This document shows positions 38,747 to 53,600 of a stretch of DNA of 64,000 nt, one piece after another. Source of the DNA: Neophaeotheca triangularis (Eukaryota); NCBI GenBank assembly GCA_054600435.1, contig BAAIJX010000006.1, forward strand, positions 372,001 to 436,000. Direction: 5' to 3'. The translations under genes and the position numbers were made by a program. The notes below the pieces were generated by a model. It was not told the origin of the DNA. It saw only the letters and a list, made by a program, of their open reading frames with translations, and did not search any database. The first letter of the stretch is position 1. The number at the start of each line of letters is the position of its first letter.

Positions 38747-40681
38747 TGCGAAGGAAGTCGGTGAGTGATGTGAAGTAAGTGTAGTGAGGTGAAGTGGAGG
38801 TGAAGTACGAAAGGTAAGTGAAGTAGCTGTGGTGATGTTGAAGTAAGTTGAGCTAAGAGCTGCAGCTTAGCGATGATCGGGACGAGGAAGTATGAGGTGG
38901 AGAGTACTGTGAACGAGTTGGCTGTGGTGGGAGAAGAGGAAGGGAAGAGGAAGAAGAGACGGAGAAAAGGAAAGGACGGCCGAAGATATAGGAAGTCTTC
39001 CACCCTAGTGGGTTCTTGCTGACTACACGAAAAGTGCTTGAGGAAGGTGCGAGAGGCGGACATGAGGTGGATAGCCCTAATGCCATTGGGAGGGCCATTC
39101 CGTACTGGAGGACTGGGCCTTGTCCCGATTGGGAATCGACGTGAAGAAGACGGGCCTCAATGGCTCTAAGATCCAAGGGAGAGAATGGTATGCGTCTCCC
39201 GATGCTACTCCAACTTTCCGTTTGTCGATTGAGCGTGTGTTGCGGTTGTAAGACGTCTTTCAAGGTATAGGGAATCTTCATCTGTTGGACCCCTAGATGC
39301 AGCACCTTCCCAGCTTGCCGGCACCCCAAGGCGCTAGCAATTCGCGGTGAATCGTAGCCCACGTGACGCAGACAAGCGGTGGATGTGAAGAACAGGGGCC
39401 CAGGTGGGTTGGGGGGATGAGGTGTATGTCGCGAGGAGGATTGGAGAGGTAACGAGGATTGGAGAGGCCGCCTGGAAGGCCAATTGTGTCTTGGATGATG
39501 GATCAAGTCGGATGGCTCCAAACGGAGTGCATCTGAACGAATTCGCCCCAACTTTGGAAGAGGTAGGTGAAGATCAAGGACGAGTCTGGCAGTCTGCGAC
39601 TCCGCGCATTGCAGAGAACTGCGGCGCTTCGTAGGAGCGAAGAAAGTATCAATGTAGGTCTATCAGAGGTGAAGGCGGCCATAGCATGGTATGCTATTCA
39701 ACGATCAAGTATACAGCAACCACACGCTGGCTGCCGCGTAAGAAACAGCGACAACAAGGTCAAGTAGGTTCAAGTGGTGTGTGTAACGGCATCTCTCTTC
39801 TTCCATGCTCCGCCCACCTGTGCTGCTCCTGTGAGCTGTCGTGCTCTATTCACTGTATCGCTGAGCAACAAATTCAGATGCTTGAGTAGGCCGCCGTGCT
39901 ACGCAGACCCCTACGATGCCCACGTTATCCCGAATACGCGCGAGCATCACGGTGGCAAAGGTGTTGTAGACAGGGCATAGGAGAGCGATCAATAAAAGCA
40001 ATCGCAGGGGCGTCAAGACATGTGGATGCTGCACACAGGTGTGCCTGTTATGAACGTGGCTGCCATACTCGTCTGGGGGATCTGGCGGCCGCCAAAGGCA
40101 ACAGTGAGTTCTGTGCATCATGACAGACCTGCGCAGAGGTATCGAGGTAAGGGTTCTATCTACTGGCCGGTAATCGAGCGTAGCTCGCCTTCACCACGAA
40201 GGGCTCGAAGATACCTGAAGTGCACCATCTCAGAAACTCTTCAGCGGCCGATCTGCTCGCTCGCAGGAATTCCTCGTGCCCTTGAAAGACCGCTCAACAT
40301 TCCTCTTCAGCGATCTGGATACCTACTCGGCTCACAATCACTCCCTTAAGAACCTACGCAGCGTGTCGTGTGTGGCTGGCATTAACCGTGAGTTCATCAA
40401 ATGACCGTGAGTTCAAAAGACGGCGCGCTATACTTTTTGATCTGACACGACAAGCATGAGCCGGCCCTATACTGACGGAAGATCTCAGCAGAAGGCAAGG
40501 CAGCAAGACGCAAGGGCAGATAGCAGCTTTCAGCAGGCGGTCCCATCAACGATGGCTAAATACCACAACTACACGATAGGAGCCTGTCATGAAAGCTTTT
40601 TGCGCCGCTCGAAGACGGATCTTTGGTGATTTTCACGCCGTTGGTATTGAGCTGCTCGACTCCGCCCCAAACACACCTTTC

Positions 40682-40705
40682 AGAGAGAGAGAGAGAGAGA
40701 GAGAG
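40682..40705. repeat. (AG)n microsatellite
   Basis: About 12 AG units. Confidence 0.9.
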
Positions 40706-42926
40706 CTACGCTTGGTGACGCCCGCTACGCACTAACAGTACCCGAACGCTCCTTGACTGCGATTTCTGGCCAGCCACGGTTGGCCGCTTTGTAGCCGCAT
40801 CAGAGTCGAACTCACGACATCTTCTCCTCGGATCTGTCCCGATGCCATACAGCGTTTGGGGGATTGAGTTGCTCTTCCAGGGCTAGCAGACCGATTGCGC
40901 AATAGAAGGTGACAAGTAAAAGGGTAAGCCTGAGAACGGAGCTGGTCTTTCACAAAGGAAAAGCGATGATCGGGATTCACAGGAGACTGACACTTGGAAG
41001 GATTTGCTAGGTTCCCGGCATGTTGTCGCGGTGATATGATAGCATGGATGATAGGAGAGGATGTACGATTGAGAGGTTGCTTAGATTGGAAGGCACTAGG
41101 AGTAGTGATAGTGATACCTACACTCACCCATGGGTGCTAAAGGGAGCGACAGCAGCGGCTGCAGCCTACTGAGGTCTTTCCGGTAGAAACGTAGTCATCC
41201 TTGAGAGCGTTGAAGATGCCAAAGCTACCTCTGCCTCTGTCACACCGTTTAGGACACAGATTGCGTATTTACTCCCAGCGTTCACCTCTACGTGTCAAAG
41301 CAATTTTCCCTGACGAATGATGGAACGATAGGTTTGCTTGGCCATTGCTTCGGCCACCATGAGGTTTGCCCAGCGGGCTCCCTGCACACGCGATTGTATT
41401 TGCCCTGTAAGCCTTTGGCCATGGTGGCAGACCAGAACGTGCTGCAAGAGTCTTCTAGATCATTAGCTGAAGATGTTATCGGCTCCGATGGCTTGACGCC
41501 GCATCTGGCCTCCTTGAACGCTCATACTAGACCGGAGCCGCGAACATGGCCTTGACAACTCGTGACCGCGATGACAAGCTCTGCATTCGCTCCTTCGTGT
41601 GAAGCATCAACGACGAGAGCGCCGCATATGGCGCAAATTCGACGACAGAACTCGGAGCTTTCCTTATCAGAAAGCACGCCGAAGGCCGCAACGATCGCGT
41701 GAAGTGGGGAGTCAAGCACAGATCAAGTCTCCCCACAAACTGTCAAACACCACCAAGAGATGGAATTCAACCGCCCTGCTTTCCCCTTTGGGATCGTCGT
41801 CCAGACCTCGGCTTAGGCTATGAATCGCGAAGTTCACAAAATCGCGCTCGCGGGTTGCTAAAGGAAGTCAAGCACTTGACCGCTAGGCGAAGCCTTTGGG
41901 CAGGCTTCTGGCAGAAACAAATGTCAGCTAGGGTGTACAAGCGAGCAAGTACTATCGAGCGACTGTCTACTCTGGCGGCCGAGCAGCCCAAAGGTGTCAA
42001 ATCCTACAGGCTACAGACCTACCTTATCACCTCGTGTACCGAGTCTGTGGTGGATTCGTAGCTGGCGAGTGAGTCCTAAGCAGGGTGCTCGTGCCACGGA
42101 CGCTTGCGATAAGTTGGCAGATTGGGTGCTACAATCAAGAGGTCCAAGAGTATGCTTCGCTGCGTTAGGCTTGCACTAGCGGAGGTATTTGGTCTCTGAG
42201 AGCAGACGCGAGCACCCTTATCGAGCTGGCTGATCACGAGCACTCCTTTAGCAGCGAATGGCAGTGTGCAAGCAGGCGCTGGCCGGGGATTATTTCGACT
42301 GGCGCTGTTCTCGCAATATGAGAAGTCGGACACGCCATCGCCACCGTTAATCGCTATCATGCCAGGTTAGAGATATCAAGAGCCGCGACAGATGTGCCAA
42401 TATCCCAACAGATTGCGCTATCGGGATTCGAGGTCGAGATCAGAACCGGCACAAATCAACGCCCCTCGCTTTATCAGGCCACTGGAAAGATACGGTGCGA
42501 TCCAGACTCCAGAGTCGTCCATAGGGCGCAACAACATGCGACTGCCGGAGAGCCGTCTTGATATAGGGGTCCATTACTGCTTGTTTAGCGAGATCGCCAA
42601 AGCCGGTTTCTCAGACTTTACCATAGGAGGAAGGAGGTCAAAGCTAGGGCTAAGCTATCTCCCACAAGTCTCCGCAAACTGCGAAAGGCTATTAGCCTAT
42701 TCGTCGCAACCGTCCGAAGCTCAATTCCTGATAGTCAGATAGTGGTTGCAGGTAATCAACAACGGCATGTCAAGGTATGGACGCAGCATCGCTGCCGAGA
42801 TGATGCGATGCCAGAGCTCGGGGTCCTGGAGTATATGTTTCGGTGCAGTCCTCCATCATCCTCGTGTTCCTTCGCCAGTCCTTCTTGGTTTCGACGGAAG
42901 CAGCTACCAGTCGTTGCACCGGCATC

Positions 42927-45554
42927 ATGGCGAACGTCAACGAGATCCTCGAGCGCGAGATCAATCCTATGGTCAGCAAGCACCCCGATAATGAGTGCGA
43001 GCGCCTGCTAACGTGCTCGAACACAGGGCCACATTCACACCGAGGAGTCAGCCGCAAAGGAGAAACAGTACGCATCCAACCCTCAAGTCACGGAGGCCAG
43101 GTCCGAGACTTCCCTGGAACGACCTCAGGATGAGAAAGATGGTGCTTTTGTCGGAGAAACCGAGGTTGAATCCGAGCACACCGAGGCCGATCCATTCGTT
43201 CCGTTCGGTATGCGATACTTCCCAGCTTTGACCCATAAACACGACTGACAAAAGCCTGTAGACGATCTGCCAGACGAGCGTAAGAACATAGTCACCATTC
43301 GGGCCGTCCTACTCGGATGCATGTGCGGTGCTGCTGTCAACGCGAGCAACGTGTATCTCGGTTTGAAGACAGGATGGACCTTCGGGGCATCTCTATTCGG
43401 TGCCATCATCGGTTTCTCCGTTCTCAAGTCATTGTCCAGAACTCTACCCAAGGCCTTCCCAATCCTAGGTGGTATGTCCAGTCTCCGAGGTCATGCTTAT
43501 GCAAGGACTTTATTAACTCCTCGTACTAGGTGACTTTGGCCCAAGGGAGAATAACATCGTCCAAACGGCTGCGACAGCAGCTGGTGGCTTGTCTAGTGTC
43601 TTCGTTAGCGGTATTCCTGCGCTATACCAGCTAGTAAGTTCATTGCACCACCCGATGCTTGCAACTTATTCTCTAATTCTGAGCCCAGGACTTGCTCAAC
43701 ACTCCCCAAGAGGACTTTTGGCGTCTAGTAGCACTCACCGTTGTAGGCGCTTACTTTGGGTTTGCCTTTGCCACGCCCCTTCGGAAGTTCTTCGTCATCT
43801 ACGTCGCCCGCGAACTCCGCTTGGTTTTCCCGACGCCTACTGCGACAGCCATGACAATTCGCAGCATGCACGCTGCGGCCACTGGAGAGGCCATTGCCAA
43901 GCTCAAGATGCGAGCTCTCTCTATTGCCTTTTCTGCTGCTTTGGCCCTTCGTGTTGCGTCGCAATACGCCACCGGGATCCTTTGGGACTGGCACTTTTTC
44001 ACTTGGTTCTACATCTGGAGTGGCTACAGCAACCAAGCGCTTGCAATCGAGAACTGGGGCTGGCTTATCGAGTTCACTCCAGCCTTCATCGGTGTTGGTA
44101 TGCTTGTTGGCTTGAACACTGCCTTTTCCTTCTTTGGTGGATCCGTCCTCGCCTGGGGTATCATCGGTCCTGCACTCGTGCACAACGAAGCTGCCTTTGG
44201 TATTCAGTTGTACCCCGATGATCCAAAATGGTCACCATTGGTGAGCTTCGCCTCTCTCGGTGTGGAAGCGTCAACCCCGGAGACCCCCAGCCCCCGCTTC
44301 TGGCTGCTCTGGCCTGGTGTCTTGTTGATGATTGCGGTCTCTTTCGCAGAGCTGGCCTTGCAGTACAAGGTGTTCTTCCAGGTTGGTCGCGCCATAGTTC
44401 GTGGTTCAGCCTCTGGCATCAACGCCCTCATGAAGTCGACTTTGAAAAAGAGCTCGCCTTACTTGGAGGGAAAGAGCCAGCAAGTTGAGACCAATGCTAT
44501 CGAGGATCCCGCCGCCGAGCATGAGCAAGTCAAGTGGTGGATGTGGTCGCCTCTTCTCGTCATGTCTATCATTCTATGCTGTGTGGTCATGGGCGTGCAG
44601 TACGAAATGCCCGTCGGCATGAGTCTGCTCTCGGTTTTCCTCGCCTTCTTTTTCGCCTTCCTTGCAGTACAGTGTACCGGGTGAGTGGAAATCTTTTGCT
44701 ACTTGGATTAAGGGCCGCGCTAACTTCCCACAGTGTGACCGACATCACTCCCCTGACGGCCGCCTCCAAAGCTTCCCAAATCGTCCTAGGTGGCGCGACT
44801 CAAGCCGAAAACTGGAGCGTTTCGCATGCCCAGCAACTCAACTTGCTAGGAGGCTCTCTTGCCTCAATTGGCGCCGGCCAAGCTGCCGATCTGACGGGCG
44901 ACTTCAGAGTCGGCTTCCTCCTCCGCACGCCACCAGTTCAGCAATGGATCGCTCAAGCCATTGGCACTGTCGTTTCAGTCTTTCTCGCTCCGGCCATGTT
45001 CATACTGTTTGCCAAAGCCTACCCATGCATTCTCGACACCGAGATTGAAGAGTGCGCCTTTGCAGCTCCCTCGGTGGCCGCCTGGCGAGCAGTGGCCGTC
45101 GCCATGACCGACCAGAGCTTCCCTGTGCCCAAGTCTTCAGGCATTTTCAGCATCATCTTCGCCATCTTCGGCGTCATCATGGTCATCATCCGCCAATACG
45201 CTTACCGCGGCTCGTGGGCCAAGTACCGCGTCTACCACCCGAACATGATGTGCATCGGACTCGCTTTCGTGCTCCCGCAGACCCAGTACGGTACTGCCAT
45301 GATCATGGGTGCTGTCCCCGCCTTCTTCTGGGCCAAGAAGAGACCAGAGCACTTTGACATCTATGGATTTGCAGTGGCTGCTGGGCTTATTGCCGGAGAG
45401 GGTATTGGAGGTGAGTTGCACGGCATGCCGTTGCTCGATTAACAGTTAGTTGCTAACCACATCAATAGGTGTCGTCAACGCGATCTTCCAAATTGCTGGC
45501 ATTTCTGGAGACGTCTATGGTAGTAACGTCGGTTGCCCAGCTTTATCGTGCTAA
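42927..45554 (+). CDS. OPT-superfamily oligopeptide transporter (YSL-like clade)
   Basis: TIRAVLLG..NASNVYLGLKTGWTFGASLFGAI, FGPRENNIVQTAA, LVFPTPTATAMTIRSMH, TDITPL, DFRVGFLLRTPP, AAGLIAGEGIGG; about six introns. Confidence 0.92.
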
Positions 45555-46481
45555 AGCATAGAGTAAAGCCATGAGTGAGAAGAAGGACGTGTAGATGTAG
45601 AAGAGGAGCAATGTTGCAACGAATGGGTCACGATTCCGTATCATGCTATTAACCTACCTTTCTAGCTACACTGTAATGTCGTGTCATTTATTTCGTCACC
45701 TTTTCTCGCTTCAACACTATAGGTACCTATCTCAAGGTTCTCTCTCCTTCAGGTGACGATCTTGTGCTGCTGCCTGGTGTACACTGTACATCACCAGTCA
45801 CGATGCTGCCGGCCGCGACATCGCTCAGGCACGTGATCGTGGCATTTAGCCGATAGCCGTCGCAAATTCTCCGGCTTTCGGTCTTACTACGGGTGCTGTG
45901 GAAACGAGTCCTCTTGTCCTTGGTCCTCCCAGCACCCCCGACGGTTGTACGTCCCGATACTCCTGCCTGACTCGCTTCGGCACATCTCTGAGCGCTCCGA
46001 AACCCCACTTCCCCCCACCAAAGACAGCAGCCCTGTCTGGACGACGGGCACTGATGCCACGCCTCGATTCGATTATGGACGCTGTCGCTCCGCTTAGGCT
46101 CGTCTCATGGCGCCATATCACCGTCCGCCAGGCACCCGAGGCTTGTTGGCAGGCGAGGCGGAAGTTACAGTTGTGGAAAACCGGTCCGTTGGCTGGTCCT
46201 TCACGTGGGGGTACGGTAGTAGTCAATCATAATAATGTCAGATGCTCGGTGGAAGCTCCAGCTTTGGCGGATAATCACATACATAATACACGTCTTTATA
46301 TATCTCTTATTACGCCCTGCCGCTGTTACTATCACCGCGCCCAGCAGACAGTGGGATAAGAGAGTCGTGGTTCGTTCGTGTACACCTTGACTTACTAGTA
46401 CTCTCTTCCCTCCGTCTCCCTCCTCTCACACCGACAACACAAACTCTCTCTCTACCTAGGCAGTCTGCACCCGCCAACAAA

Positions 46482-49120
46482 ATGTTGGGGAAGATGACCA
46501 ACGGTGTGCCCAAGCGCATCAGCAATGATTTCGATGTCCAAGAAATCCTTTCCCAGCTCACTACCACTGAGAAGATTTCCCTCGTCTCCGGCACTGACTT
46601 CTGGCATCTTGCCGCTGTCGAGCGCTTGGGCATCCCTGCAGTGAGAACAACAGATGGACCCAATGGCGCAAGAGGCACAAGGTTCTTCGAAGGAGTACCG
46701 GCTGCCTGCTTTCCTTGCGGTATGAGAAAATCCTTCTGCTAGGTTGTGTGATAACAGACTGACCTTCCATCCCAGGCACCGCACTCGGTGCGACATGGGA
46801 CCAAGACCTCTTGAAGAAGAGCGGCGACTCAATGGCTCAGGAAGCCATCGCCAAAGGAGCTGCGGTCCTCCTTGGCCCTACCGTCAACATGCAACGTGGT
46901 CCCCTCGGCGGGCGAGGCTTCGAGTCTTTCAGCGAAGACCCGGTGCTCGCCGGAAACCTGGCCGCTGCTGAAATCAGCGGTATTCAGTCTCGCGGCGTGT
47001 CCGCAGCAATCAAGCACTTTGTTTGCAACGACCTTGAAGACAAGCGCATGGCCAGCAACAGCATCGTTACCACTCGCGCCATGCGTGAGATCTACCTCAA
47101 GCCTTTCCAGATTGCTCAACGTGACGCGAAGCCTTGGTCTTACATGACCGCTTACAACCTCATCAATGGCCTGCATTGCAGCGAGAACGAGTGGTTGTTG
47201 CAGAAAGTCTTGAGGGAGGAATGGGAATTTGATGGTCTCGTCATGTCCGATTGGTTCGGTACTTATTCAACGACAGAGTCTATCAGGGCGGGCCTGGACC
47301 TGGAGATGCCTGGTCCGACTTACATTCGCGGTAAATTAATAGGACAGGCACTCACTTGTGGCAAGCTCCTCATGCACCATTTGGACGCCAGGGTGTACCA
47401 AGTTCTCAAGCTCATCAAAAAGTCCTTGCCGCTGGACATTCCATCCGATGCCGAAGAGAAGACGATCGATACTCCCGAGACTGCTGCCATGCTGAGGTCA
47501 GTGGCCAGCGCTAGCATTGTGTTGATGAAGAATGACAAGAACATCCTTCCCTTGAGCAAGGAGAAGACGACTGCCGTGATTGGGCCCAATGCGGAATTTG
47601 CCGCCTTCAGCGGTGGCGGTTCTGCATCCCTTCGGCCGTACTACGCCGTCTCTCCATTAGAGGGGGTGAGGAACAAGGCCAAAAACTGCCAGTACACACT
47701 TGGTGCGCCCGGCTGGAAGAGGCCGCCACTCATCACGGAAATGAGCAAGACCAAGAAAGGCGAAAAGGGGTTGAACATGACCATCTACCTTGAACCTCAC
47801 TCCAACAAGGACAAGAAAGCTGTGTACTCCAAACCGATTGAAAGCTCCTATGTGCCTCTTTCGGACTTCAAACACCCCGATGTCCCTGACGAGCTTTTCT
47901 GGGGCGACCTCGACGGCCAAATCACCCCCGAGGAGTCTTCGGAGTATGAATTCAGTTGCTCTGTCGCTGGTACTGCGAAGATCTTCGTTAATGGCGAGGT
48001 ATGATCATTACATGTAGTCCGATCTTGGACATCGCTAATCAATTCGCAGCTTGTGGTCGACAACATGACCAAACAGACACCAGGTGACAGCTTCTTCGGC
48101 AGCGGCACCATTGAAGAAATCGGCGTCGTCGAGCTCGAAGCAGGCAAGACCTACGACGTACACGTCGAGTTCGGTACTCTGCCGACCAAGACATATGAAG
48201 GTGTGGGCGCTACTGCTTTCGGCGCTGGAGGCATTCGTGTCGGGTGTTACAGGAAGCTCGACGTGCAGAGCGAGCAGGAAAAGGCGGTAGCGCTGGCCAA
48301 GAAGGTTGATCAAGTCGTTCTCTGTATCGGTCTGAACAGCGACTGGGAATCAGAAGGCTATGATCGCGGACACATGGACCTCCCACCGGGGAGCGACGAT
48401 CTCGTGACCGCTGTTCTTGCCGCGAACCCCAACACAGTCATCGTCAACCAATCCGGCACACCCGTAACAATGCCCTGGGCAAGCCAAACCACGACCCTAC
48501 TGCAAGCCTGGTACGGCGGCAACGAAACCGGCAATGCCATCGCCGACGTCGTCTTCGGCGACGTCAACCCGAGCGGCAAATTGCCCTTGACTTTCCCGAT
48601 CCGCAACGAAGACAACCCAAGCTACCTCACCTACTCCAGCGACGACAACCGCACCCTCTATGGCGAAGACGTCTACATGGGCTACCGCTGGTACGACAAG
48701 ACAAAGAAAGCGGTCCTGTTCCCCTTCGGCCACGGCCTGAGCTACACGACCTTCGCGCTCTCCAACCTCGCCATCCGCACCCACGGCGACGAAATCACCG
48801 TCACCGTCGACGTCGCTAACACCGGAAACCGCGACGGCGCCGAAGTCGTACAAGTCTACTTCTCCCCATTGGCACCCAGCATCACGCGACCCGTCAAGGA
48901 GCTCAAGGGGTTCGCCAAAGTGGACGTCAAGGCCGGGCAGACGGGCAAGGCGGAGGTGAAGCTGTCGAAGAAGTACGCGACGAGTTTCTGGCACGAGGGC
49001 AGGGACGCTTGGGTCTGCGAGCAGGGCTCGTATGGCGTTGCCGTCGGCGCGACGAGCGCGGAGTTGCCGCTGAGCGGGGAGATTGAGGTTGACGAGCAAC
49101 TTGTCTGGAAGGGCCTTTGA
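46482..49120 (+). CDS. GH3 beta-glucosidase with PA14 and FnIII domains, no signal peptide (intracellular type)
   Basis: [40 protein letters not shown] (nucleophile), [29 protein letters not shown]; introns ~46720-46775 and ~47999-48049. Confidence 0.95.
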
Positions 49121-50099
49121 AGAGGGGGCATCAGCAGGGTCCCGTTCTGTAGCATGGTGACGTTTTGGGTAGGTAAGTTACGTACGGCTCGCTCGTTCGG
49201 CGTCGTGGACGATATGACGTGCGTGGTAGTTTTAGCAGTCGCGGCGGACTAGGTACAAGTGGTATAGACCAGGTACGCGGCCGCGTGCAGCAGTGCTCCT
49301 CACACTTTCGGTTTTGAGTTTGGGAGAAAGCTGGTTTCCCAAGCTCCTCCGCCAAGTCGTGTTTTTCCTGTTGCTGCCGTCCCTGGAGGATTCGCCGCGT
49401 GGCTGCCTAGCCAACGTACCCGTTAGCGTGCGCTTGTAAGCTGTAAGTAAGTGAGTTCATGTGAGCTTGAAGGTCCCTTTTGCGCCTCCCGTGCGGTTTC
49501 TCAGGACTTCAAGGTACCAGTTGCCGCACCCCAGCCACGCAGCCCAGGCCCAGCCTGCACGTCGGGGGGCTGTAGGCTGTGACGGGTGAAGCTCTGGCTC
49601 GCGCCTTCCATTGCGCGTCTAGCGAGAGTTGCGAGGCTTTCTACTTGGTAAGTCGGGATTCCACTACCGTTGATGTTTGTATGCCAGAAACCTTCCACTA
49701 CCGTCAGACAATAAAACAAAATCTAGGGGGTGAACATGTTGTGGTAAAGTGATGTTAAAGGAAAACGATACATATTCGAAGCTGTGTAATAATACTCTCA
49801 AGTCATCAAGTGTAGCCCAGTCTTGTAAGTAAGTGGTACAGAATCGATGTACATTCATAGTCTAGATAAGCGCTTTTCCCAGCGTCAAGAAGTGAAAACA
49901 CCTTCCCCCAAGCGAGAAAGGATATCTATTACATACAACCATACCCAATCTCCATTCGTGAAAAGTTAAAAATCCCCAGCTTCACCGGCACATGGACCAG
50001 TTCCAAAGTGTCAGGCTAGCTAGGTCCAGCGGGGGTTGCTTGAAATGTCTTGTCCATCTGCGAAAAAAGCAGTACGGAGTCGTAGCGAGTTGAAGCTTC

Positions 50100-50699
50100 T
50101 TACAAAGCGGCGGCAAGACCGAAAACGGCGGCGGCAACACCGGCAGGAAGGTAGCGGGCGGCCTCAGTGGGCATGGCGCCAGAGTCGGAGTCGGTGGAGG
50201 ACGAGGTCTCGTCGGCCGAAGCACCACCGGCGGCACCACCAGCACCACCAGTGCTACCGGCGGTACCAGTGGTCGAGGTTACCGACACGGTGTTGGTTTC
50301 GACTAGACATAATTTATCAGTGAAATGCTAATCCGTTGTTGATATTGAGCTCGACTTACCGGTACCGTCATCGAGGGTGTTCGTGGTGAGGAGACCAACG
50401 TCAGAGGTGGTCAAAGTGACAGCGCCAACGTCGGTGGTAGTGAGGGTGTTGAGCGACGAAGGTGGGGTGGACACGATTTGCTCGGTGTTTGTGTCAACGT
50501 CGACGATAATGTCGGTGTCGACAGACGAAGAGAGGATGGTGGTGGGCTGAGGGCCTGCGTCCGTGGTGGAAATCACTGAAGCCTCGACGTCCGTGTTTGT
50601 GTCAATGTCGGTGTTAACGTCAGTAACGCTGACGGTCTCCTGGGCCAAAGCCATGACGGCGAAACCGCCGACGGCGATGCATGCGCTGGTGAACTTCAT
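50100..50699 (-). CDS. Ser/Thr-rich GPI-anchored cell-surface protein
   Basis: Signal peptide MKFTSACIAVGGFAVMALA, T/D/V-rich body, intron 50303-50359, and an omega-like DSGA followed by the hydrophobic tail LPAGVAAAVFGLAAAL*. Confidence 0.85.
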
Positions 50700-53600
50700 T
50701 TTGAGGTTGTTGGAAATTGGTTTGTTTTTGTGGTGTAGAAAGACGGTAGGCTGAAGTTTGGGTCGTGTAGAGAGTGTGTGTGGCTGTGGAGGGAAAAGGA
50801 AGAAAATTCGGAGAGGGAGTGCGAAGAGTCTATATACAATGCCCGATCACGGCTCGAGCGTCTGGCTGGGTCGATCCTCGATGCGCGCGCGCCACCACCA
50901 CAAGAGTTGAGCGAGGTCGAAAGAACGTCACAAGTGGCTGCGCTCTTCTGCCTCCACCGCGGGTTCCGAGCTAAGTTGGAGCTACCATCTGCTGGAGACG
51001 CTGGCGCAACGGCCACTCGGCGCGCTCTTGTCTCGCTCCACTTACTTACCGTCATATGCTGCGCTGTTGACGATTATTGTTGTGTGGTAAACTGTTGCCT
51101 TGCCGCAGCTCTTGCGGCCATGCAACCGTTCATCGGCCAACAGCTCCCTGTTGTGGGCGGCAGCCTGCATCTCCTGCTGCTCCGCTTGCCGACCCACCAT
51201 TCACACGGCACACGTTGCAAAGTACAGAGAGAGCAGACGGCTTCTTATTCGCAAAGCGGTAGATTTGCCCTGTCCTCGTCGACGTGCGAAGGCTCGTCTG
51301 TCACGGGAAGCGAAGAATGTCCTCGCTTCAGGGGGTGGCACCGGCAATCATTTGAAATCAGTTGAATGCCTGCGCGGCGTATTGGGGCACGGCGAATGCC
51401 CTGATGCGACGGGAAATGTGCTGCCGTGGCTACAATAATCGCCAACGGAAAGAAGTGACGTTGTGTCTCGAGATAGAGTTGGCCTGGCCGGATATATGTG
51501 GAGAGCGGTAGAGCTTCGCAGGGATCACCAAAGGACTGGAAGTCTCCGGAATTGGATCCGCGACCAATAACATGGTACCAGCCGCTTTAAGCTTTTTCCG
51601 GGGCTCACACTTTGATCGACCGCCGCAGTACATCCGCCCCAGATTCCTGGCTGGCGGTTGCCGAGCATCCTTGTACTCCCACCACGTTGAGAGTCTTTGA
51701 GACACTTCCAACCCGGTATCACGCTAGTAATGCCGAAATGTAGAGCAATGACCTCGCAGAAGTTTGCGCGAATATGATCGAAACTTAGGATGGGCACAAA
51801 CAGCGCGCTGCATCTGCCGCTTGGAGAACGCAATCGAGCTCACGGCTCCGCGGCATGCTGACTTTTTTCGTTGTCATACATGTGCGGTGGAGTTTGCAAC
51901 TCTGATTGTCTCTTGGCTTACCGCGGGGGTCGAACTCTCGTATAGAGTTTGAATGTATGCGGCCAGTCACCACTTTCGCTGCTCATAGTCATGCAAGACA
52001 TTCCCTGTTGATCCGAGGACTTCCGTCCTGAAGTTGATAGGCGCGCATTATTATTCTCTCGAAACACAATAATGACTTGAATCCCCGTGGCAACCGAAAG
52101 AAGAGTTTGCGAGTTCATCCCAATCGTCAATAACAACCAATATCGCATGCTCCGTCGTTCGTCCTATGGTCCGGTGCAATGATGGCGTGCTCTTACCTCA
52201 TGTGTCAAAAGCAGCCGTGATCCGGTCGCGCAGTAGGCGCACTTATGAACAGGAATCGATTTCCGCAGCTGCTAATATCTCCTGGAACCTTGAACCCAAG
52301 CCGAGTGATGATTCAGGCAAGAAAAGACTGTTGCACGGTATATATCAAATCATGAGCGTCAGCTTGATGTTACAGTCCATCATTGCGGAACAAAATTGCT
52401 TCTATGCAAGAACAGATCGCCACTCGAAACTGGCCAGGCAATCCCGAAGAGAAGGACGAAGAACCGAAAGAGCTGGCTTGGTGGTGAGGTAGCAGAAGGT
52501 AAGGCCAAACGCAGATCGTTCATCGCTCTGCGGGAAGGACCTCACCGCAAGGCTGATAAAAGGCTTGTAGAGGTTACGATGTATCCACAACAGCTAAGTC
52601 TCACACCCCCGTGGTTCTTTGACAGGTTCAATGATCAAGGTCCTATTTGAACGCTTGGGAGTCGCCTTTACGGCATAGTCGACTGCATGGAACTGCTTGC
52701 CCACTGACCAGCCAGGTGCGCGCTTCGACCTGCAGCAGTATTTCTAGAGGCACATTCGTATTGTACGTTTGCGCTTCAACAGCGTGGGCACAAGGAGCGT
52801 TTCCTCTAGGCAGCGTAGAGATCAGGCTCCATGCTTGGGTCAGCACAAAACAAAGCAAGCGCGAGTCGCGACTGGGAAAGCATCACCTGCGCCTGGTTTC
52901 AGTCCACTTCTGAGTCGCCGTTGGCGCATCATTAGGGAAACTTTCGCGAAGCCTGTATGACATTCCAAAGTCACAACGACTCAGCCAGCCAGGTCTGGTC
53001 TGGTCTCAGACAGGACTTTTGCAAACCTATACATACCTGGCCGAGTCTGGCGAAGGCGATTCCTCGATGATTGCTTCTATTGTTCGGCCATCTGACGTCT
53101 CCAGACAGGCCAGACCGATATACCGCCATTCCTTGGGCAACGGCTCCGACTCCGACTCGCTACTCGTTCCCCATTTCCCGCCTTGCATCGATTCACAGTT
53201 GACCAGGATGCGAAAGCGAAGAGCGGGAACCCGCTGGCGCCAGTTCGCCTAAATCGTCTTCAGCAAAGCCCGGCTTTCGCAGCAATAGAGCCGATGAATC
53301 ACGACAAGGCCTATTAGCAGTGAGAAGTCGTGCAAAAGATGGTGGTAGGAACTTGAGATGAACAAAGGAAACAGATGGTGCCTCAAGCCTGCAGGGTCTT
53401 CCAGCTTAGCAGGCGCGGGCTCGGCTTCAGAGCTGGAAGGTTATCCGGATACACGGAAGCTTGGCGAACACGTGATCACATATGAAACAGGCGGAAAGGA
53501 GTGCGCTCCAGCAGCGGTGGAGCAACAAGGAGACGATAATAACAGGTAGGTCAGTGAAAACCCAAGACAGCTTGCTCGAACTACTGCGGTTGGGAGCAAG

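Noticed and set aside
40386..40416. 12-bp direct repeat ACCGTGAGTTCA x2
   Set aside because: Too short, with no element between or around the copies.
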